Shown here piece by piece: positions 17,801-28,660 of a stretch of 64,000 bases of DNA. The DNA is from Cyanophora paradoxa CCMP329 (Eukaryota; Plantae; Glaucophyta): the NCBI GenBank assembly GCA_004431415.1, contig QPMI01000452.1, positions 186,001 to 250,000 on the forward strand, in the 5' to 3' direction. The position numbers and the translations under genes are program-made. The stretch's first letter is position 1; each line of letters opens with the position of its first letter. Below the pieces are notes generated by a model. It saw only the letters and a list, made by a program, of their open reading frames with translations. It was not told where the DNA came from and did no database searches.

Positions 17801-20800
17801 GATGGGGCCCAATCTGTCCAGTGAGTCGCGGAGAGTGACCTTTCGGGGTTTGTCGCTATAGGAATCGGCGGGCGATTCTTGCTTTTGGTTCGCCTCTCGA
17901 GTCGACCAGTGACGACATTTCCGCAAACCATCTATCGTATTTCGATCTTTCTTGCTTCTGCTTTTTACCGCTTCTCTGCCACGGATGCGGCCCGATAGCT
18001 TCGGCGTGATGGGGCCCAATCTGTCCAGTGAGTCGCGGAGAGTGACCTTTCGGGGTTTGTCGCTATAGGAATCGGCGGGCGATTCTTGCTTTTGGTTCGC
18101 CTCTCGAGTCGACCAGTGACGACATTTCCGCAAACCATCTATCGTATTTCGATCTTTCTTGCTTCTGCTTTTTACCGCTTCTCTGCCACGGATGCGGCCC
18201 GATAGCTTCGGCGTGATGGGGCCCAATCTGTCCAGTGAGTCGCGGAGAGTGACCTTTCGGGGTTTGTCGCTATAGGAATCGGCGGGCGATTCTTGCCTTT
18301 GGTTCGCCTCTCGAGTCGACCAGTGACGACATTTTCGCAGAACATTTATCGCATGTTACTCTTTCTTGCTTCTGCTTTTTACCGCTTCTCTGCCACGGAT
18401 GCGGCCCGATAGCTTCGGCGTGATGGGGCCCAATCTGTCCAGTGAGTCGCGGAGAGTGACCTTTCGGGGTTTGTCGCTATAGGAATCGGCGGGCGATTCT
18501 TGCCTTTGGTTCGCCTCTCGAGTCGACCAGTGACGACATTTTCGCAAACCATCTATCGTATTTCGATCTTTCTTGCTTCTGCTTTTTACCGCTTCTCTGC
18601 CACGGATGCGGCCCGATAGCTTCGGCGTGATGGGGCCCAATCTGTCCAGTGAGTCGCGGAGAGTGACCTTTCGGGGTTTGTCGCTATAGGAATCGGCGGG
18701 CGATTCTTGCCTTTGGTTCGCCTCTCGAGTCGACCAGTGACGACATTTTCGCAGAACATTTATCGCATGTTACTCTTTCTTGCTTCTGCTTTTTACCGCT
18801 TCTCTGCCACGGATGCGGCCCGATAGCTTCGGCGTGATGGGGCCCAATCTGTCCAGTGAGTCGCGGAGAGTGACCTTTCGGGGTTTGTCGCTATAGGAAT
18901 CGGCGGGCGATTCTTGCTTTTGGTTCGCCTCTCGAGTCGACCAGTGACGACATTTTTACATTGAATTTAGTAGCGTAATCTTTTGACAGAGAATCCGTTG
19001 GATCTCCTCGTTTATCACCGCTCATTTACCAGTCGTCTTCAGCACCCTCGGGCTGCTATGAGAGATGATTTAATGGCTCGAGCGGATATCTCTCGTCTGT
19101 TTTCGAATTGCCTGCTTCCCACGTAGCGGGTCGTTCAGTTCTTGGACGGAACATACCCACGTGCTCCTAAGCGCCAATAAATTTTACCCTTCATTAGCGC
19201 TCATTTACCAGTCGTCTTCAGCACCCTCGGGCTGCTATGAGAGATGATTTAATGGCTCGAGCGGATATCTCTCGTCTGTTTTCGAATTGCCTGCTTCCCA
19301 CGTAGCGGGTCGTTCAGTTCTTGGACGGAACATACCCACGTGCTCCTAAGCGCCAATAAATTTTACCCTTCATTAGCGCTCATTTACCAGTCGTCTTCAG
19401 CACCCTAGGGCTGCTATGAGAGATGATTTAATGGCTCGAGCGGATATCTCTCGTCTGTTTTCGAATTGCCTGCTTCCCACGTAGCGGGTCGTTCAGTTCT
19501 TGGACGGAACATACCCGCATTCCCTCTAAGCGCTAAGAAGTCTAGGCCGGTCTCTTCTGCTCCCTCTGCGGGCGGCGCCCTGACGGGGGCGCGGCAGGGG
19601 GAGACGACGGAGGACTACCTCATGCGGCGGACGCGCGAGATGAACCGGCACCTCCAGGCGCGCTCGCTCGCTCCCCCCGCCTCCTCCGCCTCCTCCTCGC
19701 GCCCCGCCGCTGACGGCCGCCCGCAGGCGAACCCGCGGGACGAGGATGCCTGGCTGGCCTTTGCCGAGTTCCAGGTGCGAGCGGGCGGGCAGGGCAGTGA
19801 AATGGCAGCCGGCGCGCGCCCGACGCCCGAGGCCGCCGGCAGGACGAGTTCGGGCGGCTGGACGCGGGGGCGCGGGGCCGGCGGCGGGGCCGGGCGGGGG
19901 CGCCCTCGGCGGCGCTCTCGATGGCGGTCGTGGAGAAGAAGATGGCCGTCCTGGAGCGGGCCGTCCAGGTGCCCCTGCAGCCCGTCCGTCTCGGCCGAGC
20001 CGCCTGTTCGGCTGACGCCCGGGCGGCGCGCAGCTGAACCCCGGGAGCGCGAAGCTCGTGCGTGCCTACCTCGCCTTCATGTCCCTCTACGCCGACCCCG
20101 ACAAGGCCCGCCCCGCCCGCCCGCCCGCCCTTCCGCTTCGTCTGACCCGCCGCCCCCCACCCGAGCAGGTCGGGTTCCTCTGGGAGACCGTGCGCCCCGT
20201 CCCCCCTCCCGCGACTCCCTCTACCCCCCCTCCCCTCCCCCGGGGCTCACGTACCCGCCCTCCTCCAGGCGGTGGAGGAGCACCCGGAGAGCGCTCAGAT
20301 GTGGCGCGACTTCATCGAGCACCAGGCGCGCCCTCCCTCCCCTTCCTCCCCCGCGCCTCCGCTCTCTGACGCCCGCCCGCGCCGCAGATGACCGACTTTG
20401 CGAACCTGTCGATCACGAAGCTGCGGGGCCTCCTCGCCCGCGCCGCCCAGGCCCGCCCCGCCTCCCGCCAGGCCCCTCCACCCCCTCGATTCCAGCCTGA
20501 GGCCCCGCTCGGCGAGCAGGCGCTGAGCAAGCACCGGGACGCGCTGCTGGAGGAGGGCCCCGGCAACGCCAAGGCCCGCCCCCCTCCGCTCGCACCGTCG
20601 GAGGCCGCGCGCCCGCCGCTCACTCGGCGCGGCGCAGGCGGCGCGGGAGGCGGAGGCGGGCGCGCTCGAGTTCCTCGCCCGCGCCGTCGCCCTCGAGTGC
20701 CACGCCGGCTACCTCGAGCGCGCCCTCGCCGTCCTCCAGGCACGCCGTACCCCCCCGCCAGCTCTTCCCCTCCACACACAAACTGACGCTCTGCGTGCTC

Positions 20801-23800
20801 CGCAGGCGCTCGTCGAGTTCAACTGCTTCTGCCCCGAGTGGCTCGCCAAGAAGGGCCTCGCGCCCCAGCTCGCCTACTTCGAGGTCCGCGCTCGATTCCG
20901 GCGGGGCCCGTTTCCACCTTCGACTGAAATTCCGGCGCAGGCGTTCTGGGAGTCGGGCGTACCCCGCGTGGGCGAGAAGGGCGCCGAGGGCTGGGACAAG
21001 TGGCTCGAGGCGAACCGCGACCGGCTCGACATGGAGGCCATGGTTCGAATCCCCGCGGTTCCCTTTTCGATTCCGCTGCTCTGACGCGCGGCCGCCCCTT
21101 CAGGTCAAGCGCCTCCAGGAGGCCGTGCAGGAGGCGGCCAAGGTGCGCGGCGCCGGGCTCGCCTCCTCCTTCTCGTTCTGTCGCGCCGACGTTCGTTTAC
21201 GCAGCGCGACGCCGAGATGCCGCCCCCCGCGCCCGAGCCGCCGGCCCTCCCGCCCGGCGCCTTTCCCTTCCCGCCCTTCCCGGGCGCCCCGCCCGGCGCT
21301 CCGGGCGAGCCGGGCGCCCAGCCGTTCCAGTACCCCGGCAACTTCGGGTACGGCATCCTGGGCGGTATGGTGGCCCCGCTGCCGTACGGGTACGGCCCGC
21401 CGCAGCAGCAGCAGCAGTACCCCTCGGCCCCCGCGGGCCTCTACGAGCTCTACGTACCCGGGCAGCAGCACCAGCCACAGCCGCCGCCGCAGCAGCAGCC
21501 CGAGGCGCCCTCGAAGCCGGCCTTCCCCGGCGGCCTACCCCCCATCCCGCCCCAGTTCGCCACCGGCTCCAACTCAGTCGCCGTCGCCCCGCGCCAGCGC
21601 GCCCCCGCCCCGGCCCCCGCCCCAGCTCCCCCTCCCGCCCCTTCCTTCCCCGGGGCGTCAGCATCCGCGTTTCCCGCTGCGGTTGGTTACCCATCCGCAC
21701 CCGCGTACCCCCAGCCGCCAATGGCGTACCCCCAGCCGCCAACGGCGTATCCTCAGCCGCCGACGGCGTACCCGCAGCCGCCCACGGCGTACCCTCAGCC
21801 GCCGACGGCCTATCCCCAGCCGCCAACGGCGTACCCTCAGCCGCCCACGGCGTACCCCCAGCCGCCCACGGCGTATTCCCAGCTGCCGACCGGTTATCCC
21901 CAGCCGCCAACGGCGTACCCCCAGTCAACGGCTTTCCCGCAGCCGCCAACCGCTTACCCCCAGCCGCCAACGGCGTACCCCCAGCCGCCCACGGCGTACC
22001 CCTCCGCCGCTTCCTTCGCGCAGGCGAACATGGGCCCGCCGCACGCCCCCCAACCCTCCTTCCAGGCCGCGGGCGCCCCTTCTTTCGCGGCGGCCAACAA
22101 CGGGCCGCCGCACGCCCCGCCCGCGCCCTTCATTCAGCCCCCGTTCGGGGCCCCGCCCCCTCCTCCTCCTCCTCCGCCGCCGCCGCCCCCGCCTCCCATG
22201 CAGGCGTTCGCCCCGCCGCCGCCTCCTCCGCCGCCGCCCGCGGATTCCGGGGAGGACAGCGGGCCGGAGGTGGGCCCGCCGCGGCCGCCGGCGGCCGCCG
22301 GCGCCGCGATGGACGAGGGCGAGGATGGGGAGCCCGACGTGGGCCCGCCGCGCCCGCCGGCCGGCTCCGGCCTCGACAGCGACGAGGAGCGCGAGCTGAA
22401 CCGCGCCGCAGTCTCCGCCCAGCGGGTCCGCCCGCTCCCTCCGCGAGCGCCGCCCTGCGCTGTTCCTGAGGCGGGGCGGGCGCAGGCGGAGGAGGAGCGG
22501 CGGAACGAGGCGCGGAGGGCGGCCAAGGCGAGGGCGAAGGAGGAGGCGGAGCGGCAGCGGCGCGAGGCGGAGATGGAGGAGCGGCGGGGCGGCCGCAGCG
22601 CGAGCAGCGGATCGAGCGGGGGCGAGGCGAGCGACAGCGACGGGTCGGCGGCGGTGCGGCGGCGGCGGCGCTGGCTCGAGCGCAAGCGCCGCAAGGAGCG
22701 GGACGAGCTGGAGGCGGAGATGGAGGCGCGGGCCGAGGCGAAGCGGCAGCGGCTGCGCGATCAGCGCGAGGCCGAGCGGCGCGAGGCGGCCGAGAAGGCC
22801 GCGCAGGCCGCCGACTCGGACGAGTTCGCCTCGGAGGAGGGTCCGCGCCCCCCGCGCTTCCGCCCCGGCTCCCGCTCCGGCTCCTTCGGCTCCGCCTCGT
22901 CTTAGGCGGGGTGGGCGCAGGGGACGAGCGGCCGTCGGACGAGGAGGAGGAGAGCTTCGAGTCGGATCTGGAGGCCGACCTCGCCTCGGTAGACTCGGAG
23001 GAGGACGAGAAGGAAGAGAAGGAGGGCGAGGAGGGCGAGGGCAAGGAGGGCGGCCCCCGCTGGCGCCTCACCCGCCGCGCCGAGCGCCGCAGGCGCCGCC
23101 GCCTCCGCAAGCAGGCCGAGGTGCGCCCGCCCCGCCGCCCGCCGCGCGCGCCTCGGACAACCGCCGACCAACGCTGACCAGCGTTCGCTCGCTCCTGCGC
23201 GCAGCGGCAGAAGGAGGACAAGAGCGTGTTCGAGGGGTGGCTCGCCCTCGAGGCGGAGCGCGAGCGGGAGTGGGGCTGGCGCCCCGCCCGCAAGCCGGCC
23301 CCCAAGGAGGAGCGGTCCGAGGAGACCAAGGGCGAGGAGGGCGAGGGCGAGGGCGAGGGGGCGCTGGACATGGAGGCGGTGCGAGGGGAGCTGGACCCCG
23401 AGGCCGTCGCCGCCTTCGAGGACGTCGCCCCTTTCCTCGTCCGGTCCGCGCCTTTCGCTTCGCCCCGCTTCGCCCCGCTTCGTTTCGTTTCGTTTCGTTT
23501 CGTTTCGAACCCGCCTTTACTCGGTGGCGCTGCGGAGGCGGCTCCGGCCGTCCTCGCTCGCGCGTCGCCTGTATAAGGTGGGGAGAGTGACCCGGGCACA
23601 TATTGCCGTGATAGCAGCCGCCTAGCCTGCTTCCGTGGCAGTCGTCTGTCCAGACATCCGCCTGTTTCGCCTTCCGCCCTCTCCGCTCCGCACCCGTTTC
23701 ACTGCTCTGCGTCCGGAAGCACAAACCCGCCCCCTTCGTCTCACGCCGAGCGCGGCAGGTTCACGCAGTTGGACCTGCGGGAGGAGCTCATTGCGCGCCT

Positions 23801-26800
23801 GCTCTCCTTCCTCGGCGTCGTGGGCTCGGGTCCGGCCGCCGCGCCCGTGGGCCCCCGCCGCTGCAGCAACGACCCCGAGTGCATCGATATCGCCGTGCGC
23901 CCGCCCCCGCCCGTCCTTCCTGCCGTCGAGCACGGAGAGCTCAGGCCGCACCGCAGGGCGCCCTGTTCCGCGAGGGCCTCGAGACCGAAGAGCCGCCGCG
24001 GGCCGCGCCCCAGCTCGAGGCCGGCAAGGCCGGTGCCGGCGGCGAGGGCGGGGCCGACGCCGGGGCGGCGGACAACAAGGCGGGCGAGGAGGAGGCCGAG
24101 GACCCCTTCGGCTTCAAGATCGGGGCCGAGGCGGAGCGCAGGGAGCGGGAGCAGAAGGAGCGGGAGGAGCGCGAGGTGCGCTCCCCGTCCCGTGTCCCCG
24201 CTCCCCTTTTCTCGGCCCGCTTTCGCCATTTCTGCGTCGTTCTCGCCCCCATTTTGTTGGGCGGCGCTGCGGAGGCGGCTCCGGCCGTCCTCAATCGCGC
24301 GTCGCCTGTATAAGGTGGGGAGATTGACCCGGGCATATATTGCCGTGATAGCAGCATCCTAGCCTGCTTCCGTGGCAGTCGTCTGTCCAAACATCCGCTG
24401 TCTTTAGTCATTGCTGGGACATCAGTCCTCGTTCTTTTTTTGCTAGCGGGCCCAAGTTGCGTCCTGCCCCTCGATGAGTGGGGGCCGGTCTTCTTGGGTA
24501 TGGGCCCAGAGTGTTCGGCCACGCTTTACCGCTGCGCGCTGCTACGGTGCGCGTCGCGGCACTAGTTGGTCACACACACAATCTTCTTGCCGTTTCGGCC
24601 TAGCTCCCTCTCCTGGCTCGCCGCTTCTGGGGCGAGCCGCGCGGGGCCGGGCCGAGAGTGGAAGGCTGCTAATTACCTCCGCGCGGTTGTGCCGTTCTGG
24701 CCGCTCCATGCGCGCGGCGGCAGTCGCGGACCACACATCTTTCTTTTCCATCCCCTCCTCTCTCCTTTCCGCGCGCGCGCCTCGCGGCGACCCGCGCCCG
24801 GGGCTGACCGCCGCGCCGGCAGCGACGGGAGGAGGCGCAGGGGGCCGAGGTCCCGGCTTCCCGCCTCCACACCCCCGCCCTCCTCTGGCCCCTCTACGAC
24901 CCCCTCTCCCTCGCGCCCGTACCCCCCCAGTCCCTCTTCGGGTCCGCCAACCCCTGGTCCCCCGCCGTCCTCCTCGCCGGAGAGGAGAACGCCCCCAAGG
25001 CGAGCGAGCGTACCCCCGCGTCCCCCCGCGTGCCCCCCCTGACCTCTCCGGCAGGCCGCGGAGAGCCGCGCGGGGCGGTGGGAGTCGGCGGCGCTCGCCC
25101 TCGAGTCGGCGATCCGCACGCACCCAGCCAACCCCGCCTTCCTCTCCGCGTGCGCCGTAACCCCCCCCCCCCCCCCCCGGCGCCCGTACCCCCGGCCCGT
25201 GACGCCCGCGCCTCGCGCAGGTACCTGGAGCACGTCATGGCGCGCCCGCCGGGGGCCGAGCTGCCGCCGGGGGCAAAGGAGGCGGCGGCAGCCGGGGCGG
25301 ACCCGAAGAAGGCGGCGGGGGCGGGCCCGCCGGGGGTCGAGGAGGCGAGGGCCGTCGCCAAGGGACTCCTCAAGCGCCACCGCGCCGAGATCCTCCTCTA
25401 CCACGGTACCCTCCTTCCCCCCTCTCTGTACCCCCCGGCCCCTTCGTCGCTGACTTGGGCGGCGCGCCTCTCGGCAGTGTACGCGCGGCTGGAGGCGCTG
25501 ATCGGGAGCGCGGGGGAGGCGAAGCGGGTGTACGAGGCGGCGCTGGGGCTCTGCGCGCAGCTGCCCCCGGCGCAGCGCAAGCACGCCCCGCTCCTCGCCC
25601 GCGCCCTCGTCGAGCTCGAGCTCGGCGCCTCCGCCCCGGCCCCGGCCCCGGCCCCGGCCCCGGCCGCCCCGCGCTCCTCCTCCAAGAGCCTCTCGGCGGG
25701 CCAGCGCAACGCGGCGCTGCACGCGCTCGCGGCGGCGCCCTTCGCGGCGGACGGGGAGAAGTACGCGCCGCTCCCCGCGGGGGCGCGCCAGGGCCAGCGC
25801 AACCCGGCGGCGCCCGGCGGCGAGTGGGTCCCTGCCACGCGCCTCCTGCGCGCCCGCATCGCCTACGACCAGCGCGTCTCGGACCTCCTCGCGGCCCGCA
25901 AGAAGGAGGCGGCCGCGAGGGCCCCGCGGACGTACTGGGGCGAGGCTGGAGAGCTCGCGGCCGGGGGCGGGGCGCTGGCGAGCCTCGCGGCGTGCTACGG
26001 GTACATGCTCTTCCTCACCGAGGGCCTCGACGCCGCCTGCGCCTTCTACGAGGCGACCCTCGCCGCCCTCGCCCCGCCCCCCGTGCGCCCCTCTGCTCGC
26101 CCCCGCCCTTCCTCCTCGTCCGCCGCGCTGAGGCGGCACGGGCGCAGGCGGAGGAGGCGCGGGCCGGGTCGCTGGCGCCGCCGGCGCGGGAGCTGCCGCG
26201 GGGGCCGGCCGGCCTCGAGCTGGAGTCCCTCCACGTCTGGTACCCCGCGCCCCGCCCCTCCCTCCCTCGCCGGCCTCGGCCGGGCCTGACCCGCCCGGCA
26301 GCTACGCAAAGCTGCTGGTGTGGGCGGCGGAGGCGGCGCCGCCGGTGGCCCCCGCCCGCTTGCGCCGCGCCCTTGAGGCCGCCCTCGCCCTCTTCCCCTC
26401 GTCCGCCCCGCCCCGCCCCGCCCCGCCCCGGCCCCGTCTCCGCCCGCCTCCCCCTTTCTCACCCCGCACTCGCGCCCCCGCAGGAACGCCCTCTTCCTCT
26501 CGCTGTGAGCGCCCTCCCCGCCCCCCCCTCCCTCCCCCCCTCGCTGACCCCGCCCCGCCCCGCCCCGCGCGCGCGCAGCTACTGCGAGACGGAGGCGCGC
26601 TCGCAGCTCTCGGGCCGCGTCCGGCTCCACTTCGACGTCGCCTGCTCCCGGTGCCCGCCCGCCCCCGCCCGCCCGCTTAGCATAAGATCTCAACAGAGCT
26701 TCGTTGCTGGGACGTGCTGCTAAGAAATGGTTTAGGATATCATAGCTCTCTAACATACATCCCGCTCACCTTGGCCCAGGCCCGACGCGACGGCGGCGGA

Positions 26801-28035
26801 GTGGGAGGCGGCCATCCGCGCCGAGCTCGCCGGCGTCGCCTCGGGGGCCCGCCCGGGGGCCGCCCACCGCGCCCGCGCCCTCTTCGACCGCGCCCTCTCC
26901 CTCCCGGGTGCGCCCCGCCCCCCAGCCCGGCCCCGCCCTCCCTCCCGCCCTCGAGCTAGGCGCAGGATCCGCTCGAGCGTGCCCCTCTGGCGCCTCTACG
27001 TCCGCTTCGAGGTCTCCCAGGCCGCCGCCGCCTCGGCCGCCGCCGCCGCCGCCGCCGCGGGGAAGGGGGCGGCGCCGGGCCGGGACCCGGGGGCGGCCGC
27101 TGCCGCCGCCGCGAACACCGCCGTCCGGGCCTACTACCGCGCCATCCGGGTTCGTTCGCCGCCCCGCCCGTTTCCTTCTCGTTTCGCTGGTTACTTGTTC
27201 GCGAATCTTTTTGGAGTCCCTTCCTAGCTTTCTTAAGTCGCTGTTGGGATTTCTTGTTCTTTCTAGTCTAAATAGCGGGCCAAGTTGCGTCTTGTTCTTT
27301 CTAGTCCAGGTAGCGGGCCCAAGTTGCGTCCTGCCCCTCGATGAGTGGGGGCCGGTCTTCTTGGGTATGGGCCCAGAGTGTTCGGCCACGCTTTACCGCT
27401 GCGCGCTGCTACGGTGCGCGTCGCGGCACTAGTTGGTCACACACACAATCTTCTTGCCGTTTCGGCCTAGCTCCCTCTCCTGGCTCGCCGCTTGTGGGGC
27501 GAGCCGCGCGGGGCCGGGCCGAGAGTGGAAGGCTGCTAATTACCTCCGCGCGGTTGTGCCGTTCTGGCCGCTCCATGCGCGCGGCGGCAGTCGCGGACCA
27601 CACATCTTTCTTTTCCATCCCCCCTTTCTCTTCCTATTCTTATTATTCCCGAACGCACGCGCCGGCCTGACCCACGGCGAGGGCAGGCGGCGGGGTGGAG
27701 CAAGCGGGTGTGGACGGACGTGATCCGCTCGGGCCCGCTGCGCCGCCGCGTGCGCGCCGACGAGCTGCAGGTCCGCTGCCGGCCCCTCTCCAGCCCAGCC
27801 AGCCCCCCTGAGCCCCTTGCGGCAGGGGCTGGTGGAGCTGATGCACGACAAGCACCTGCGGGTGCGGGCCGAGCTCGACGAGGTCCTCGACCTCCGCGCC
27901 CTCGCCGCCCTCCGCCCCGGCCCCGGCCCCGGCCCCGGCCCCGGCCCCGGCCCCGGCCCCGGCCCCGGCCCCGGCCCCGCGGCTGGGGAAGCGGTGGCCC
28001 CGGCGCCCGCCCCGGCGCCCGCCCAGCAGGGGTAG
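14891..28035 (+). CDS. NRDE2: NRDE2/Nrl1 (nuclear RNAi and MTR4-exosome regulator, HAT repeats), many exons; snoRNA host gene
   Basis: LFPAFAG and WLRASSY at the N-terminus; KPDPNNLAYESLYRLDVPGYK; TREMNRHLQ|ANPRDEDAWLAFAEFQ; EKKMAVLERA; AGYLERALAVLQ|ALVEFNCFCP; FWESGVPRVGEKGAEGW; PLWRLYVRFE; LMHDKHLRVR near the C-terminus. Confidence 0.9.
16621..17257 (+). ncRNA. 4 tandem intronic box H/ACA snoRNAs (~132 nt each, snR8-like); starts 16621, 16793, 16965, 17126
   Basis: Hairpin GCCCAT..GTGGGC, H box AGACTA, hairpin ATCCGC..GCGGAT, then ACA+3 nt. Differences between copies largely keep the stems, often via G-U pairs. The 5' pocket (TTATTCT/GGAAAC) fits LSU GUUUCCC-U-C-AGGAUAG. Confidence 0.8.
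17761..18955 (+). ncRNA. 6 tandem intronic box H/ACA snoRNAs (~160 nt, 207-bp period), snR34/U65 (SNORA65)-like
   Basis: 5' hairpin pocket CTGCCAC/CCAGT pairs with LSU ACUGGC-U-U-GUGGCAG. 3' hairpin pocket ATAGGAA/GTCGAC pairs with LSU GUCGGC-U-C-UUCCUAU and sits 14 nt from ACA. Starts 17761, 17968, 18175, 18382, 18589, 18796. Confidence 0.88.
19018..19514 (+). ncRNA. 3 tandem intronic H/ACA-like snoRNAs (~138 nt, 179-bp period)
   Basis: Hairpin CGCTC..GAGCG, degenerate H box ATATCT, hairpin TCGTCT..GGACGG, ACA. The 3' pocket TTTTC/AGTTCTT fits LSU AAGAACU-U-U-GAAAA at 14 nt from ACA. Confidence 0.72.
21706..21996 (+). repeat. coding 21-bp tandem repeat, 14 units of YPQPPTA within NRDE2
   Basis: Units differ mainly at synonymous third positions (TAC/TAT, CCC/CCT/CCG/CCA). 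Confidence 0.85.
23510..23659 (+). ncRNA. intronic H/ACA snoRNA species 4, copy 1
   Basis: Hairpin CCCGCCTT..AAGGTGGGG, H-like box AGAGTGA, hairpin GGGCA..TGTCC with pocket CATAT/GTCGTC, then ACAtcc. A paralogue lies in another intron. Confidence 0.7.
24246..24396 (+). ncRNA. intronic H/ACA snoRNA species 4, copy 2
   Basis: Near-identical to 23510-23659; H-like box AGATTGA; ACA at 24391. Confidence 0.7.
24448..24740 (+). ncRNA. intronic 293-nt unit: two consecutive H/ACA-like RNAs or one double-H/ACA RNA, copy 1
   Basis: GGGCCCA..TGGGCCC-AGAGTG-GGCCA..TGGTC-ACA, followed by CGGCCT..GGGCCG-AGAGTG-hairpin-ACAtct. Duplicated at 27315-27607. Confidence 0.6.
27315..27607 (+). ncRNA. intronic 293-nt H/ACA-like unit, copy 2
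   Basis: Almost identical to 24448-24740; similarity ends shortly after the last ACA. Confidence 0.6.
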
Positions 28036-28660
28036 CCGCCCCGCCCCCTGCGCGGTTGTAATTAGCTGTAGTTGTACCTACAGCACTTTCTTCTTCTTTC
28101 TCCTTTGTCGTTGTCCATGATCCCGCGTGGGCGCTGTACAGGCCCGGTGTATTCTACCATTGCACAGTTCGAAATTCAGAGACGCAGTACTAGTGCTGTC
28201 GCTTTAATACCAATGCACATTCGATGTCTGGACTCTGGATCCAGCGCTAGCCCCCCCGCACCGCGCGCCTCGCTGCTCATGGCCAGCTGATTGAGAATAA
28301 GATAGTCCACGTCGATCCTTTAAATTTGTTCTCTATATTTGAATTGCTCATTCGCGGGGCGAACTCCGGCCGGTCGGGGGGAGCGCGACAGGACAAGGCC
28401 GCAAGTTCAAGACACAAGGTTATTGAAGGATCTGATTTATTATTTATCGTGAGCGACTGTACATTCAATCAAAAGTCTCTCAATAACGAAATCTCGAAAG
28501 GTATCTGTAGTCTTTAACATAATTTAATGCGAAAGGCGAAATCGAAACGCGAAATAACAAAACTGCAATTTATACTTAGCTGCGGGCCGTCCGGCCAGTT
28601 TCCTGCTTCTACTGAAATTTATACCTGGCTGCGGGCCGTCCGGCCAGTTCAAAGAAGCCT

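Noticed and set aside
17198-18640. Minus-strand repeat ORFs (342 aa, 94 aa)
   Set aside because: Antisense read-through of the 207-bp snoRNA repeat, whose period is divisible by 3.
17761-18955. U17/snR30 identity (AAACCAT present)
   Set aside because: AAACCAT lies downstream of the ACA box, occurs only in some spacers, and the m1 element is absent; both pockets match snR34/U65 targets instead.
16621-19514. CRISPR-like array or plain satellite DNA
   Set aside because: Units are 160-207 bp with no unique spacers, there are no cas genes, the context is a eukaryotic intron, and an H/ACA fold with rRNA complementarity explains them.
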